Positions 24,097 to 35,517 are shown, counted from the stretch's first letter. The stretch is DNA of 64,000 bases from an uncultured Gammaproteobacteria bacterium (GCA_963748215.1 CAVVHS010000008.1:256001-320000); one strand, 5' to 3'. The notes: a model not told the origin generated them from the letters alone. Numbers and translations are program-made.

Positions 24097-25338
24097 ATGG
24101 ACTCTGTCAATGTACTCGCGCGCCACGGCTTCAGCATCGGCACCGGGCTGTTCGAGGCCGTTCCCGGTCAGCGCTTCGTGCTGCCGTTCCGGCGTGCCAG
24201 GGTGGCCCTGCTGGTCATCGCGCTCATGGCACTCGTCATGACCGTGCCGGCCGTACATACGTTCCGCGACGCTGCCGGCAGCTGGGGCAATCTCGATGGC
24301 CTGTTCGACCTGACCTCGGCCCTGTTCCTGACCGGCTGGCTGCTGGGCTGGTCGATGGGCCTGTTCATCCTGTACGGCCTGTTCGCATTGCTGTGGCTCG
24401 GGCGGGAGACACTGGTGCTGCGTCCCGGTGCCGTGGAAATCCGGCTCGGCCTGCCGTTCCTGTTCCTCCGGGTGCGGCTCGATCCCTCTCGCATCAGCGA
24501 GTTGCACCATCACGTACCGCAGGCAGGCTACGGCACCGCCTGGCGCGGACCGCACCTGGCATTCGACTATGACGGTTCCCACATGGCGATCGGCTCCAAT
24601 CTCGACCCGGCCGCCGCCGACCGGCTGGCCGGACTGATCCGCGCCCTGCCGGCCAGTACCGGCACCAGCGCGCCCGGCTACTACATCACCACGCCGCAGC
24701 AGGCGCTGGCTGCCGGCGCGGACACCGACGACGCGACTGACCCGGCGCCCGTGATCACCCGGGCCGAATCCTTCCCGCTATCCATGCTGGTACTGGTTGC
24801 CGCCAACCTGGTGCCGGTCATCGGCGTGCTGCTCTACGGCTGGGACCTCGGCAAACTGATGGTCCTGTTCTGGGCGGAAAGCGGCATTATCGGTCTCTAC
24901 AACCTGCTCAAGATGGCCGTGGTGCAGCGCTGGGTGGTGTTGTTTACCGGCCCGTTGTTCGTCGGCCACTTCGGCGCCTTCATGGCCGTGCATTTCCTGT
25001 TCGTCTACGAGTTGTTCGTTTCACGCAATACCAGCGTGGACAGCTCGCTGGCGGAGGTGGGTCAGTACCTGTTCGCGCTGTGGCCGGCGCTGCTGGCCCT
25101 GCTGCTCAGTCACGGGCTGTCATTTTTCTACAACTTCATCGGGCGCGGCGAATACCGCAACAAGCGCATGCGCGAGCAGATGGGCGAGCCGTACGGCCGC
25201 GTCATGATCATGCATGTCACGGTGATCATCGGCGGCGGCCTGAGCCTGGTGCTGGGCAATCCTGCCGCGGCACTGCTGTTGCTCGTGGCGCTCAAGGTCG
25301 CGGCGGACATCACCGCGCATCGCAGGCAGCACCGCTAG
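24097..25338 (+). CDS. Membrane protein with C-terminal DUF6498-like domain
   Basis: LVAANLVPVIGVLLYGW...FWAES...HFGAF...PYGRVMIMHV. Confidence 0.7.
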   Translation: MDSVNVLARHGFSIGTGLFEAVPGQRFVLPFRRARVALLVIALMALVMTVPAVHTFRDAAGSWGNLDGLFDLTSALFLTGWLLGWSMGLFILYGLFALLWLGRETLVLRPGAVEIRLGLPFLFLRVRLDPSRISELHHHVPQAGYGTAWRGPHLAFDYDGSHMAIGSNLDPAAADRLAGLIRALPASTGTSAPGYYITTPQQALAAGADTDDATDPAPVITRAESFPLSMLVLVAANLVPVIGVLLYGWDLGKLMVLFWAESGIIGLYNLLKMAVVQRWVVLFTGPLFVGHFGAFMAVHFLFVYELFVSRNTSVDSSLAEVGQYLFALWPALLALLLSHGLSFFYNFIGRGEYRNKRMREQMGEPYGRVMIMHVTVIIGGGLSLVLGNPAAALLLLVALKVAADITAHRRQHR

Positions 25339-25352
25339 CCCGCATTTCTCAC

Positions 25353-25905
25353 CGGGATCCCGGAGAAGGTGAGACCGCGTAGCGGTCGAGAGGCTGGCCT
25401 GGGCCATGCTGGCGCACGACTGCAGGGATGCAGGAGGTAGAGCAATGCAGGGAGCAATTGCCGAGGGCTCGTGTGACCGGACGACGCTCTGGAACGAAAG
25501 ACCCGCTCGAGGCACAGAGCAGGGGCCCCGGCGTAGCCGGGGATGCGACAGCCAGTGGGCGGGATGTCGCTTCGAATACCACCGCGGGTCTTCGCTTCAC
25601 CGGGGGTCAGATCCCCACCGCTGCGCGGCGGGGCCCCTCTTCCGCCCCTCGAAGCGATGCAGCCGTAGCTACCACTTGTGTGATGAGGTCGCTCCCGACG
25701 GTCGCTACGGGCTTCCTGCCCTCTCGCGACACTTGTGCATCCCTGCACATCGTCCTGTCTCCCGGCGACGATGGACAGGAAGTCCGAGTGTCGCGAAGCA
25801 CAGGGATGTGCGAGAGCGACCACTTGTACATCCCTGTACATCGCAAGTACGGGTGCACGAGAACCAGCCAGGGCCGGGATAGGCAGCGGCCAATGACACG
25901 CTATT
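25353..25905 (+). ncRNA. Large structured ncRNA candidate; core 25521-25592 resembles proteobacterial sX9 sRNA (from memory)
   Basis: No credible ORF between convergent genes; long-range pairing 25383-25397 with 25864-25876 and 25709-25721 with 25773-25785; T-loop-like TTCGAAT. Confidence 0.55.
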
Positions 25906-25980
25906 TGCTACCGTATGAGTATTGGTTTCATGGTTTCAGCTCATTATGTCGGATAACCGTCGCCCGGTGAGAAATGCGGG

Positions 25981-27306
25981 CTAGCCGAACATATCGTAGG
26001 TAATGTTGCGATACCAGTCGACGGCGTAGATGGCCTCCAGCGGCCGCGCCGCCGGGTCATCGGCCGCACTGACACCGCCGGAACCCTCGACCGCGACAGC
26101 CTTGCCGTCCACCATCTTGTAGACGCCGGAGACGGAGATGCCATGCTCCGGCGTGATCAGGCTGTAGCAGGTGTTGATCCAGTACGGCGCGATCGGCGGC
26201 TCGCCCCTGAGCAGCTGCACCACGTTGGCGGCACACACCTTGGCCTCGGAATTCGCCGCATAACCGGACTTCGGCAACGGTGCCTGGATGGCCGCATCAC
26301 CGATCACGTGAATATCGGGTAACAGTCGGGATTCCCAGGTCAGGTAATCAACCGGACACCAGCCACTGGCATCGGCCAGCCCCGCCTGCACGGCGAGATC
26401 GCCGGCCCGCTGCGCGGGAATGATATTGATGACATCACCCGGGTGCGAACCGAACTCGGTCCGTACCGTCATGTTTGGAACATCGACGCCGACAACCCGG
26501 CCGTCCTGACCCGCCGGCACCCATTCGATCATGGCGTGATCGGTACCGTAGCCGAAGTGTTGTTCCCAACCGGCGATGAACAGCGACTGCTTGGAGAACT
26601 TGTCCTTGGCATCCAGGATCAGCACCCGGGAGCGGGGTTTAAACTTGCTCAGGTAGTACGCGATCATGCTGGCGCGCTCGGGCGGACCGGGTGGACAGCG
26701 AAACGGATCGGGCGGCGGCGCGATGATCACGGTGCCGCCATCCGGCATCGCCTCCAGTTGCCGCCGCAGCAGCGCGGTCTGTGCACCGCCGTGCCAGGCA
26801 TGCGGCATGGCCTGCATCGCTGCGGCATCGTAACCTTCCACGTTGTCCCGGAACCCGATGCCGGGCGACACGATCAGGCGGTCATAGCCGAGCGTGTCGC
26901 CACCCGCCAGCGTCACCCGGTGCCGGTCCGGGTCGATGGCCGTCACCGTGTCATGCACGACCTTCACACCGTGCCGGTCGCGCAGATTGTCGTAGCTGTG
27001 GGTAATGAAATCCATGCCATGCAGACCGCCCAGCACCCAGTTGCTTGCCGGGCAGGTAACGAAGACCGTCTTCGGTTCGATCAGCGTGACGTCGATGTCG
27101 CTGGCGAAATGACGCAGGTAGCGGGCGGCAGTCACGCCACCGAATCCACCCCCGACCACCACCACCCGGGCCGGGCCGGTCTTGCCTGCTGCAACCCCGG
27201 TTTCCGGCGCGACGTCCGCCCTGTTTCCCGCGCGCTCGTCACAGCCTGCCAGCAGCAGGCCGGCGCCGGACGCCTGGAGAAATCGTCTTCTGCTGAATCC
27301 GGGCAT
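25981..27306 (-). CDS. fccB: Flavocytochrome c sulfide dehydrogenase flavoprotein subunit
   Basis: Tat motif SRRRFL plus [39 protein letters not shown]. Confidence 0.9.
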   Translation of the reverse strand: MPGFSRRRFLQASGAGLLLAGCDERAGNRADVAPETGVAAGKTGPARVVVVGGGFGGVTAARYLRHFASDIDVTLIEPKTVFVTCPASNWVLGGLHGMDFITHSYDNLRDRHGVKVVHDTVTAIDPDRHRVTLAGGDTLGYDRLIVSPGIGFRDNVEGYDAAAMQAMPHAWHGGAQTALLRRQLEAMPDGGTVIIAPPPDPFRCPPGPPERASMIAYYLSKFKPRSRVLILDAKDKFSKQSLFIAGWEQHFGYGTDHAMIEWVPAGQDGRVVGVDVPNMTVRTEFGSHPGDVINIIPAQRAGDLAVQAGLADASGWCPVDYLTWESRLLPDIHVIGDAAIQAPLPKSGYAANSEAKVCAANVVQLLRGEPPIAPYWINTCYSLITPEHGISVSGVYKMVDGKAVAVEGSGGVSAADDPAARPLEAIYAVDWYRNITYDMFG

Positions 27307-27308
27307 GG

Positions 27309-27617
27309 TCAGTTCCTCGCAAGGCTCGCGACGTAGCTGGCCACGGCATCGATTTCCTCGTCCGTGTAACCCCTGGCGATACGTCCCATGATGGTAGAAC
27401 TGCGTGTGCCGTCCCGGAATTCCTGCAACGACTTGGCAATAAACTGTGCCGGCACACCGACGATGACCGGCGGGATGCTGGTCTCGTTGGCACCGGCGGC
27501 GCCGTGGCAGCCGAAACAGGCGGAACCGATGGTCCTGCCGGTCAAATTTTCAGCACTCACTGCCAGCACCGGTATGGCACTGGACAGCAGCAATGCTAGT
27601 AACCCTCTGTATTTCAT
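27309..27617 (-). CDS. fccA: Cytochrome c subunit of flavocytochrome c (monoheme)
   Basis: Signal peptide, [16 protein letters not shown]; 2 nt upstream of fccB. Confidence 0.85.
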   Translation of the reverse strand: MKYRGLLALLLSSAIPVLAVSAENLTGRTIGSACFGCHGAAGANETSIPPVIVGVPAQFIAKSLQEFRDGTRSSTIMGRIARGYTDEEIDAVASYVASLARN

Positions 27618-27836
27618 CGCCCGCCCCCTGTCTCGATTTCGAACTCGGCGTGTGCCATTACAAACATAGCTGCAAATCGGGAAATTTTCACCGTCCCCGG
27701 CAAACTACGATACGTCACACCGGTCGACCCGGGCCTCGCTGTAGGCTGACAATACAGTCAGTCAGAACCCGGCATCTTGTTAAAAAAACGGGATTTTCTG
27801 CCGCTATGGAACTGAAAGTCGAACCGGAAACCAGCC

Positions 27837-28391
27837 ATGCACATCGTACTTGCCGTTTTATCCTCGGTCGCAGGCCTGATCTGGGCGCTCGTCGCGCTGC
27901 GACGCTCCGGATTCAGCCCCGACGCGATCAACCCGTTCCTGTGGCTGCGCCGCTTGCGCTGGCGCAAACAGTACAGCATTCCACCGCTGTACCGACTCGA
28001 CGAACCCATGGATGTCGCCGCCGTGCTGCTCCTGGGCACGGCCAAGTGCGAGGGGGAGATCAGCACCGAACAGAAGCGTGCCATCCGAGCGATATTCGAA
28101 CATGAATTCAAATTCGACAGCGACATGGCATCCGACCTGCTGCTGGCGAGTGCGTACCTGATTCGCGACGAGATCTACCTGGTCGACAAGCTGGACAGGA
28201 TCATCGATGCCAGCAGTACACGCTTCACACCCGAACAGGCAGCCTCGCTGCTGGCGCTGATGACGCGTGTCGGTACGCTGGAGCCACCGCTCAACGAGGA
28301 ACAGCGCAAGCTGATCACATCGACCGAAAAATACTTCGAAAGACTGTTCGCGAAACAGCAGGCGTGGAAACCGGATACCACGGGTGGTTAA
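27837..28391 (+). CDS. TerB-like protein with N-terminal membrane anchor
   Basis: N-terminal TM, AAVLL..AK.EG.IS.EQ pattern. Confidence 0.5.
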   Translation: MHIVLAVLSSVAGLIWALVALRRSGFSPDAINPFLWLRRLRWRKQYSIPPLYRLDEPMDVAAVLLLGTAKCEGEISTEQKRAIRAIFEHEFKFDSDMASDLLLASAYLIRDEIYLVDKLDRIIDASSTRFTPEQAASLLALMTRVGTLEPPLNEEQRKLITSTEKYFERLFAKQQAWKPDTTGG

Positions 28392-28704
28392 ACCGCAGCA
28401 TCAGTCTTGACCACGTCAATTCTCTACCACGAACGCCAACCACAGAATTCCGCAACGGAGCTCCGGCTACTGCGTGGCGGGATTGCAACAGGTACCTGAT
28501 CGCCATGCAAGCATTTCATGGCCACGGAACCACACGGAAATGCGGTTTACTGTTTCTGTGCCTTTCCGTGTAGTTCCGTTGCAATTTACAAACGATTACC
28601 CGTCTCGTGAACAATCATCCGGCCGACTGAATTGCCTCCATACTGCGCACTACACATAGACCAGCTCTCGCTGGCACTGGCGGTCCGCCATCCCGAGGAC
28701 GATT

Positions 28705-29304
28705 TTACAATGCGATACCAGACAGAATCTCGCCCCGGCTGTTAACGCGCTGCAGCACCTGGCCGGCCGCGCTGACATCCAGCCGCAGTCGCAATACCAC
28801 AGAGGAGCGACGCGTGGAAAGCCCTTCGTAGCGGAACAGGATACACAGGCTTCGGCCCTGTGCGGCGGCCTTCTGCAGGCGTTTGCCCATCAGCTCGGTA
28901 TCGCAGCCCGGCCATGCCAGCACTGCGGCGCAGGCCCCGGTCTCCAGCAGCGATTCCACCGTCCACAATGCACTGCGTCCGGGATGCGGATTGACCTGCA
29001 GCAGGTGGTTGGCGTTGATGTCGGGATCGGTGTACAGGCCGGCTCGCGCTTCAAACGGCGGTGTCACCATCGCAATCATGCGCCCCTGCTGACCGAGGCG
29101 TCGCAGGGCCGGCAACACCAGGTCCATGGCATCGGCCAGCATGTCCGGCACGATGATTTCCACCACGCCATCCCGCGGCCAGCCACCGTCCGGCAACAGC
29201 TCGTCCAGGCCGGCCACACCGCTGGGAAAGACGCGTGCGCGTCCCCTGGCAGCGTCGCGCTCCCAGGCATTGAGGTGATGCAGCTTCGTGACAGTATTCA
29301 TCAT
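28705..29304 (-). CDS. imuA: ImuA/SulA-like RecA-fold SOS protein
   Basis: [36 protein letters not shown]; overlaps the lexA stop. Confidence 0.75.
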   Translation of the reverse strand: MMNTVTKLHHLNAWERDAARGRARVFPSGVAGLDELLPDGGWPRDGVVEIIVPDMLADAMDLVLPALRRLGQQGRMIAMVTPPFEARAGLYTDPDINANHLLQVNPHPGRSALWTVESLLETGACAAVLAWPGCDTELMGKRLQKAAAQGRSLCILFRYEGLSTRRSSVVLRLRLDVSAAGQVLQRVNSRGEILSGIAL

Positions 29305-29909
29305 GATATCTCCTTGCGCAGTACACCGACCGCCAGACCCTCGATCACCAGCGCCTGCTCGCGCAGGTCAACACGGATCGGTTCGTAGTCCGGATTTTCC
29401 GGCAGTAGCCGAACCACCGCCCCGCGCTGCCGGAAACGCTTGACGGTCACATCATCACCCACTCTTGCCACCACGACCTGACCGTTTTCCACGTGTGCGG
29501 TGCGGTGCACGGCCAGCAGGTCGCCGTCGAGAATGCCGATATCGCGCATGCTGTCGCCACGCACACGCAAGAGGTAATCCGCGCCGGGATGAAAGGTACG
29601 CGGCTCGACCTGGCAGTAATCCTCGATATTCTGTTCGGCCAGGATCGGCTCGCCGGCCGCCACACGTCCGACCACCGGCAGGCCGTAGTCCTCTTCCAGG
29701 AGGCGGATGCCGCGCGATGCGCCGGGCACCAGCTCGATATAGCCCTTGCGTTCCAGTGCGCGCAGGTGATCCTCCGCGGCGTTCGGCGAACGGAAGCCGA
29801 GGGTGTCGGCGATTTCGGCACGGGTGGGCGGGCAACCCTCTTCCGTGACATAGTCGCGGATGAGTTCGAGGATTTCGGCCTGGCGGGCGGTAAGCGTGTT
29901 CTGCGGCAT
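29301..29909 (-). CDS. lexA: SOS repressor LexA
   Basis: [37 protein letters not shown]. Confidence 0.96.
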   Translation of the reverse strand: MPQNTLTARQAEILELIRDYVTEEGCPPTRAEIADTLGFRSPNAAEDHLRALERKGYIELVPGASRGIRLLEEDYGLPVVGRVAAGEPILAEQNIEDYCQVEPRTFHPGADYLLRVRGDSMRDIGILDGDLLAVHRTAHVENGQVVVARVGDDVTVKRFRQRGAVVRLLPENPDYEPIRVDLREQALVIEGLAVGVLRKEIS

Positions 29910-29918
29910 ATTCAATTA

Positions 29919-29953
29919 CTGGTTATCTATACAGTTGCTGTGATTATATACAG
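29919..29953. promoter_or_regulatory. Two tandem LexA (SOS) boxes
   Basis: CTG-GTTATCTATA-CAG (29919-29934) and CTG-TGATTATATA-CAG (29938-29953). Confidence 0.9.
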
Positions 29954-30098
29954 TAGTTTCGCGCATGCAAGTATTTTTTATCTAACTGATTATGCTGATA
30001 TTGTCGCCCGCCACCCCGGTCTTGCCCCGTCCTGGGCCGGGACAGTACAGGCAGACCGGAATTCCATTATCATAGGCGCACCCAACCGGTAGACAGTC

Positions 30099-31332
30099 AT
30101 GCCCACGTCACAGCACCCCATCCATTCCCGCCACAGCGTGCCCGTCCGGGTCGGCACCGTCGTCATCGGCGGCGACGCTCCGGTGGTCGTCCAGTCGATG
30201 ACCAATACCGACACCGCCGACGTCGCGGCCACCGTGCACCAGGTGCGCGAACTGGCCCAGGCCGGTTCCGAGCTGGTGCGCATCACCGTGAATTCCGAGG
30301 CCGCCGCCGCAGCGGTGCCTGCCATCGCGGAGCAGCTGGCGCAGGACGATACAGCGGTGCCGCTGATCGGCGACTTCCATTTCAACGGCCACAAGCTGCT
30401 GGCGAAATACCCGGACTGCGCGCTGGCGCTGGCCAAGTACCGCATCAATCCCGGCAACGTCGGCCGCGGCAAGAAACGCGACGAGCAGTTCGCGCAAATG
30501 GTCGAGACCGCCTGCCGCCATGACAAGCCGGTGCGCATCGGCGTCAACTGGGGCAGCCTCGACCAGGCGCTGGTGGCGCGGCTGATGGACGCTAACTCGA
30601 AACGTGACGAACCGCTGGACGCACAGGACATCATGCACGAAATCATGGTCACCTCGGCGCTGGAGAGCGCCGCCCAGGCGGAGGCACTCGGCCTGCCGCG
30701 CGATCACATCACGCTGTCGGCGAAGCTGAGCGGCGTGCAGGACCTGATCGCGGTTTACCGCATGCTGTCGGCGCAGTCCGACTATGCCCTGCACCTCGGA
30801 CTTACCGAGGCCGGCATGGGCTCCAAGGGCATCGTGGCCTCGACCGCGGCGCTGGCGGTGCTGCTGCAGGAGGGTATCGGCGACACCATCCGCATCTCGC
30901 TGACGCCGGAGCCCGGTGGCGACCGCACACACGAGGTCATCGTCGCGCAGGAACTGCTGCAGTCGATGGGCCTGCGTCATTTCACACCGGCCGTGATCGC
31001 CTGCCCCGGCTGCGGGCGCACCACGAGTACCTATTTCCAGCAGCTCGCGCAGGACATCCAGTCGCACCTGCGCAGCGCAGATGCCCCGATGGCGCGCGCA
31101 CTACCCCGGCGTGGAGGAAATGAAGGTGGCCGTCATGGGTTGCGTGGTCAACGGTCCCGGCGAGAGCAAGCATGCCGACATCGGCATCAGCCTGCCGGGC
31201 ACCGGCGAGGTGCCGGTTGCGCCGGTGTATGTCGACGGCGAGAAGACCGTCACGCTGAAGGGCGACTCTATCGCCGCGGATTTCCAGCGCATCGTCGACG
31301 AGTACGTGCAGCGACGTTACGGCGGGCCGTAG
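30099..31332 (+). CDS. ispG: HMBPP synthase IspG (frameshift near 31085, probably an error)
   Basis: [38 protein letters not shown], then [13 protein letters not shown] in the next frame. Confidence 0.95.
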
Positions 31333-31599
31333 CTGTAATGCCGGCACACTGACGCCGTTTAAGTCAGCGATCCCGGATTGTCTGAAAGCGCCATGGTATC
31401 CATTGGCCGACTCGGCCGGATTGCAGGATACTGCAAGGGAAAACCGCGGCAGTCATGCCCGATGCGGTTCGTACCTCAGCATATCCTGCGCAGCCCTGCC
31501 CAACAGTATCCTGGCGATTTTGCGTTCTGGCGCAAGCCATTCCTGTCCGGCCATAGCTGCGTCACAGCGTACCCGTGATGACGCAGCCTCCTGCAGCCG

Positions 31600-34266
31600 C
31601 TAGATCAGCAAATCTACCCGGCCCTTGCCGGCCGGCGTACTGTCGATCGACGGTTGACACGCGGCCAGCCGACTGGCGCTAATCGAATGCTTGCTGACCA
31701 GGTAATCGATCACCGCCGCGGCGCGCCGGGTGGCGAGGTCGAGCAGCTGTTCATCGCTGATCCTGACCGGCTCGACCGGCACTTTCTCGCCCGGCTTGTC
31801 GGCCGGCCTGTCAACGACCGTCGCCGTCGCCTTTATTGCCAGCGTCGCCCGGTCGGATTCGTTCACCACGCCGCACACCTTGATATTCAGTTCCGGCCGA
31901 TTGGCGAGGATACCGGCCACCTTGTCCAGGTAGTCATGACTGCCCTGCTTCTCCACGTCACTGCCGGGTGTGAAATCGACCGGCGCCAGCTGGACCTTGG
32001 ACGCCGCCTCGCCGGCCAGCCTCGCAATCGAGATCAGGGCACCATAGGGTTGCAACGCCACTGTAAGGTAGGTCATCGAGGCCTTCTTCACGGCCTTGCT
32101 GACCGCCGTGTTTACCACGTCGGTGATATCGAAGTCCGGCTTGTCGATGTCGCCGCTCACCGGCAGATCCAGCACGATAGTATCGTTCTTGTCACGCAAC
32201 ATATCGAGCGCAGTCCCCAACGGCAGTGACAGCTGGCTTTCCAGCTCCTTGCGTGCCTCGTTGTCGACCGGTGTGACTTCCAGCGCGCGCAGGGTCAGCT
32301 TGTTCTTGCCATCCATCACGCCATTGTCGATGCGGAGGGTCGAGTCGGCATCAAGGCTGCCGCTCTTCAGTTCATAGCCGAGCATGTTGACGGTGTACGG
32401 TGACAGGTCGGTTAGCGCGATCCCCTCCAGGTGGTTAGCCAGCTTCAGGGTGGGGCGTTCGGCAAACGGCCTGAGTGTGCCCTTGACGCTGACCTTGCTG
32501 TGCTTGCCGGTGCTGCCCTGGATACTGACCTGGCTGTCCTGTGCAGGTCGTGCGCTGTCTATTGCGCCGACCAGTACCTCTGTCAGTGTCAGGCGCGTGC
32601 TGAACGCCGGGGTGACGGTCGCATCTTCCAGCTCGATGGCGCTGTCACCGGTGATGTGTATCTCCTCCAGGCGGAGCTGCGCGGCAGCGGCCTGGTTGGC
32701 CGCCCCCTCCACGGTTTGCGCCTTATCCCCGGCCGCCGTGGCGCTCGCAAATGGCAACGCCTGGATGATGCGCACGACCTGCCACTGCGCGTCGCTGTCA
32801 CGCCGCAACCGGGTGACGACGTCGCTACCCTGCAACTTGCCGGCCAGGGTATTTCCGCCTGCCAGATGCAGACTGTCCAGGGTCAGCGCACCTGCCGTCA
32901 GTACTGGATCCGCGCGTTTGTCTGCGGCTTGCGCGGGCTCCGCCAGCACGATGCCATTCACGGCAAGGTCACTGATACTTATGTCATCGACCGCCTGCAG
33001 ACTGATCTTGCCTGCCAGCAGTTCCGCTATGCGGGCCAGCCGGTAGTCACTGCCGGTGACATCGTAGGCCAGGTTGGCTGACTGCACCCGCCCGCTGGCC
33101 GTGACGGCCGGGGTATCGGCAGCTGTAAACTCCATCTCACCGTTCCACTGCAGGCTCTCGACCCCGACCCGGTGCTCCGCCTGGGTGAACTGCAGCGCCT
33201 CGGCACGCAGCAGGCCTGTCTGGGTCACGTGCAGCGGCTGGTCCGGCCCCTGCAAGACATCGAGTTGCGTGTCGGTCGTCAGGCGTCCGGCCAATTGATA
33301 GCCAGTGCCGGCACCCTCGTAGACCAGGCTGGCTGATTGCACCCGCCCGCTGGCCGTGACGGCCGGGGTATCGGCAGCTGTTAACTCCATCTCACCTTTC
33401 CATTGCAGGCTCTCGGCTGCAACACGATGTTCCGCCTGGGTGAACTGCAGCACCTCGACACGCAGCAGGCCTGACTGGGTCACATGCAGCGGACGCTCCG
33501 GTACCAGCAACACGTCAAGCTGCATATCGGTCGTCAGGCGACCGGCCAGTCCGCTGACCGCAGTCGCGGCGATTCGCGAAAACGCCCCCAGATCCAGGGC
33601 ATCGAGGGCCAGGCTGCCGCGATAGCCAAAGCCCTGCGCGAGTGACGGCAGCTGCCCGTCAAGGTGGATAGCCGCGCCATTGATCGCACCCTTGAGCACC
33701 AGCGGGGCCGGGTCGGTGCTCCAGGTCTTGATGCCGCTGAGGTCGAGTTCATCCAGCCGCGTCATGACTTCCAGGTCCGGCGCCCGGTAGTCGATGCTGG
33801 TATCGATGATCCGTAGCCGGTCGACCTCAAGCTGCCACTGCTGTCCCTGTGGCACATCCGTGCGTTCGCTGCCTTCCGGCAGGTTGATACCACCAACCCG
33901 CAAACGCCCGTCCTTGGTCTGCTCGATTGTCAGGCCGATCCCATCGATAGCAATCGAGCGCAGCACGACCTGTCGTGAAAACAGCGGCAACCACTCGACT
34001 TTCAATGCCAGGCTCGGGATGACAAGCAGGGAACGGCCCTGCGCAGAGAGACTGAGATCATGAATCGCTGCCGTGCCGCTGAAGAGATTGACGTCGATGT
34101 CTTCGATACGCACATCTTCACCACCGTTAGCGAGCAGCCACTTGTGCAGGCCATAGGACAGGCCCAGCGGTAACACCACGAGCAGCAACGCGATCAATAC
34201 GGCAATCGCGGCCAGCATGGCCACCCAGCGGCGGCGGTAGAAAGGCAAGTTTGGCGAATCCTGCAT
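31600..34266 (-). CDS. DUF748/AsmA-like protein with OmpA-like C-terminus and an internal 85-aa duplication
   Basis: N-terminal TM, beta-rich body, LPLGTALDMLRD..I.LDLPVSGD..PDF, LATRRA..V.YL. Confidence 0.8.
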   Translation of the reverse strand: MQDSPNLPFYRRRWVAMLAAIAVLIALLLVVLPLGLSYGLHKWLLANGGEDVRIEDIDVNLFSGTAAIHDLSLSAQGRSLLVIPSLALKVEWLPLFSRQVVLRSIAIDGIGLTIEQTKDGRLRVGGINLPEGSERTDVPQGQQWQLEVDRLRIIDTSIDYRAPDLEVMTRLDELDLSGIKTWSTDPAPLVLKGAINGAAIHLDGQLPSLAQGFGYRGSLALDALDLGAFSRIAATAVSGLAGRLTTDMQLDVLLVPERPLHVTQSGLLRVEVLQFTQAEHRVAAESLQWKGEMELTAADTPAVTASGRVQSASLVYEGAGTGYQLAGRLTTDTQLDVLQGPDQPLHVTQTGLLRAEALQFTQAEHRVGVESLQWNGEMEFTAADTPAVTASGRVQSANLAYDVTGSDYRLARIAELLAGKISLQAVDDISISDLAVNGIVLAEPAQAADKRADPVLTAGALTLDSLHLAGGNTLAGKLQGSDVVTRLRRDSDAQWQVVRIIQALPFASATAAGDKAQTVEGAANQAAAAQLRLEEIHITGDSAIELEDATVTPAFSTRLTLTEVLVGAIDSARPAQDSQVSIQGSTGKHSKVSVKGTLRPFAERPTLKLANHLEGIALTDLSPYTVNMLGYELKSGSLDADSTLRIDNGVMDGKNKLTLRALEVTPVDNEARKELESQLSLPLGTALDMLRDKNDTIVLDLPVSGDIDKPDFDITDVVNTAVSKAVKKASMTYLTVALQPYGALISIARLAGEAASKVQLAPVDFTPGSDVEKQGSHDYLDKVAGILANRPELNIKVCGVVNESDRATLAIKATATVVDRPADKPGEKVPVEPVRISDEQLLDLATRRAAAVIDYLVSKHSISASRLAACQPSIDSTPAGKGRVDLLI

Positions 34267-34882
34267 CGTTCGTCCGTGCAATTGTCCGGCAGGTCTTCCG
34301 GCATGATAACGCCGCAAGACCCTGCATGCACGGCGCTGCTACGCGACATGCCCTGAATGATCAAGTCATGGGATGGCCTGGCCGGCCTGCCCGACCAGCG
34401 AACCGGATAAGGACCCGGCAGGCTCCGCCTGCATAAGCCAGGACCACTGGGAAAGATAATCGGAGAGCGGCGGTGCCACTGGCGCCGGGGCGGAAAATAC
34501 GATGGATGTCAGAACAACGGCACAGAACACGACAAGACCGATGAACCCGATCGAGTTGAATACTTTTATCCTGCCTGCACGCAATGCGATTGCCCTCGTT
34601 CAACTGTTGCGGAAACGGCCGCTGCCGGGATAGCCAACCGTGTTCGTACCGGGGTATATCGGCAGGCGTCCGTCCTTATACAGTCACAGGCAACAATTCC
34701 CTGATCCGGGTCACATTCCTTCATCCCCCGCGGCGCCGGGCCAGCACTCCCTGCAGCCGACGTCGCCCCACGATGGACAGATATTCCTCTTATTAACAAA
34801 TAGTTATTTTACTCAAGTGTGGCAGCATCCCCGCCGCTAACCTGTAGCCGGCAAAGCGCCACAGGAACGCCAGGGGTGTGCC

Positions 34883-35071
34883 ATGAAACCACGCACGGAA
34901 AGACGCAAGGTCAATAGCGGGACTGAAGACCCGCACGAGAACAACGGACGCGGAGAATTCGCCCGGGAACGGCGCAAGCGGCGCGACCGGCGCATGGAAA
35001 ACCTGGACCTGGAAGAGCGCCAGTTGCTGCTCTCGGAAATGCCCTGGCTGACACTCGACAAGCGCCCCTGA
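34883..35071 (+). CDS. Small Arg-rich protein with ERR/DRR motifs
   Basis: 62 aa, ERRK and ERRKRRDRR; AGGGG RBS. Confidence 0.5.
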   Translation: MKPRTERRKVNSGTEDPHENNGRGEFARERRKRRDRRMENLDLEERQLLLSEMPWLTLDKRP

Positions 35072-35291
35072 TCCCGCGTTCCCACCGCAATAATTCGCGC
35101 AATTCCGCCACGCTTGGTGTACTATCAACCTCGTTGAGGTGAGGCTGCGGCAATCGTCCGTCTCCCGATCCCCGACAAGAGTCTCAGTTGCACGTTATAG
35201 GTTATATCGGAAGTTCCTCTTGACCCTCCTGCACATTTCCTTGCACGTCTTGCGATTGAAAATTTTTATTTTTGTATAGAGGTAAGTTTTA

Positions 35292-35495
35292 ATGGCTACA
35301 GGTACTGTTAAATGGTTCAACGAGTCCAAGGGTTTTGGTTTCATCGCTCCGAGCGATGGCGGTGAGGATGTATTCGTACATTACTCCGCTATTTCCGGCG
35401 ATGGTTTCAAGACACTGGCAGAAGGACAGAGCGTAAATTTCGATGTCGAGCAGGGTCCGAAGGGCCTGCAGGCGAGCAACGTCACGGCCGCCTGA
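35292..35495 (+). CDS. cspA: Cold-shock protein
   Basis: [21 protein letters not shown]. Confidence 0.95.
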   Translation: MATGTVKWFNESKGFGFIAPSDGGEDVFVHYSAISGDGFKTLAEGQSVNFDVEQGPKGLQASNVTAA

Positions 35496-35517
35496 CCTGC
35501 AATTCAGTCAGCAACAC

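Noticed and set aside
28420-28585. CCACGGAA/TTCCGTG low-complexity inverted repeats
   Set aside because: Look like a generic intergenic repeat, too degenerate to delimit
34366-34584. 72-aa hydrophobic ORF upstream of DUF748
   Set aside because: Plausible small membrane protein but no recognisable motif or clear RBS
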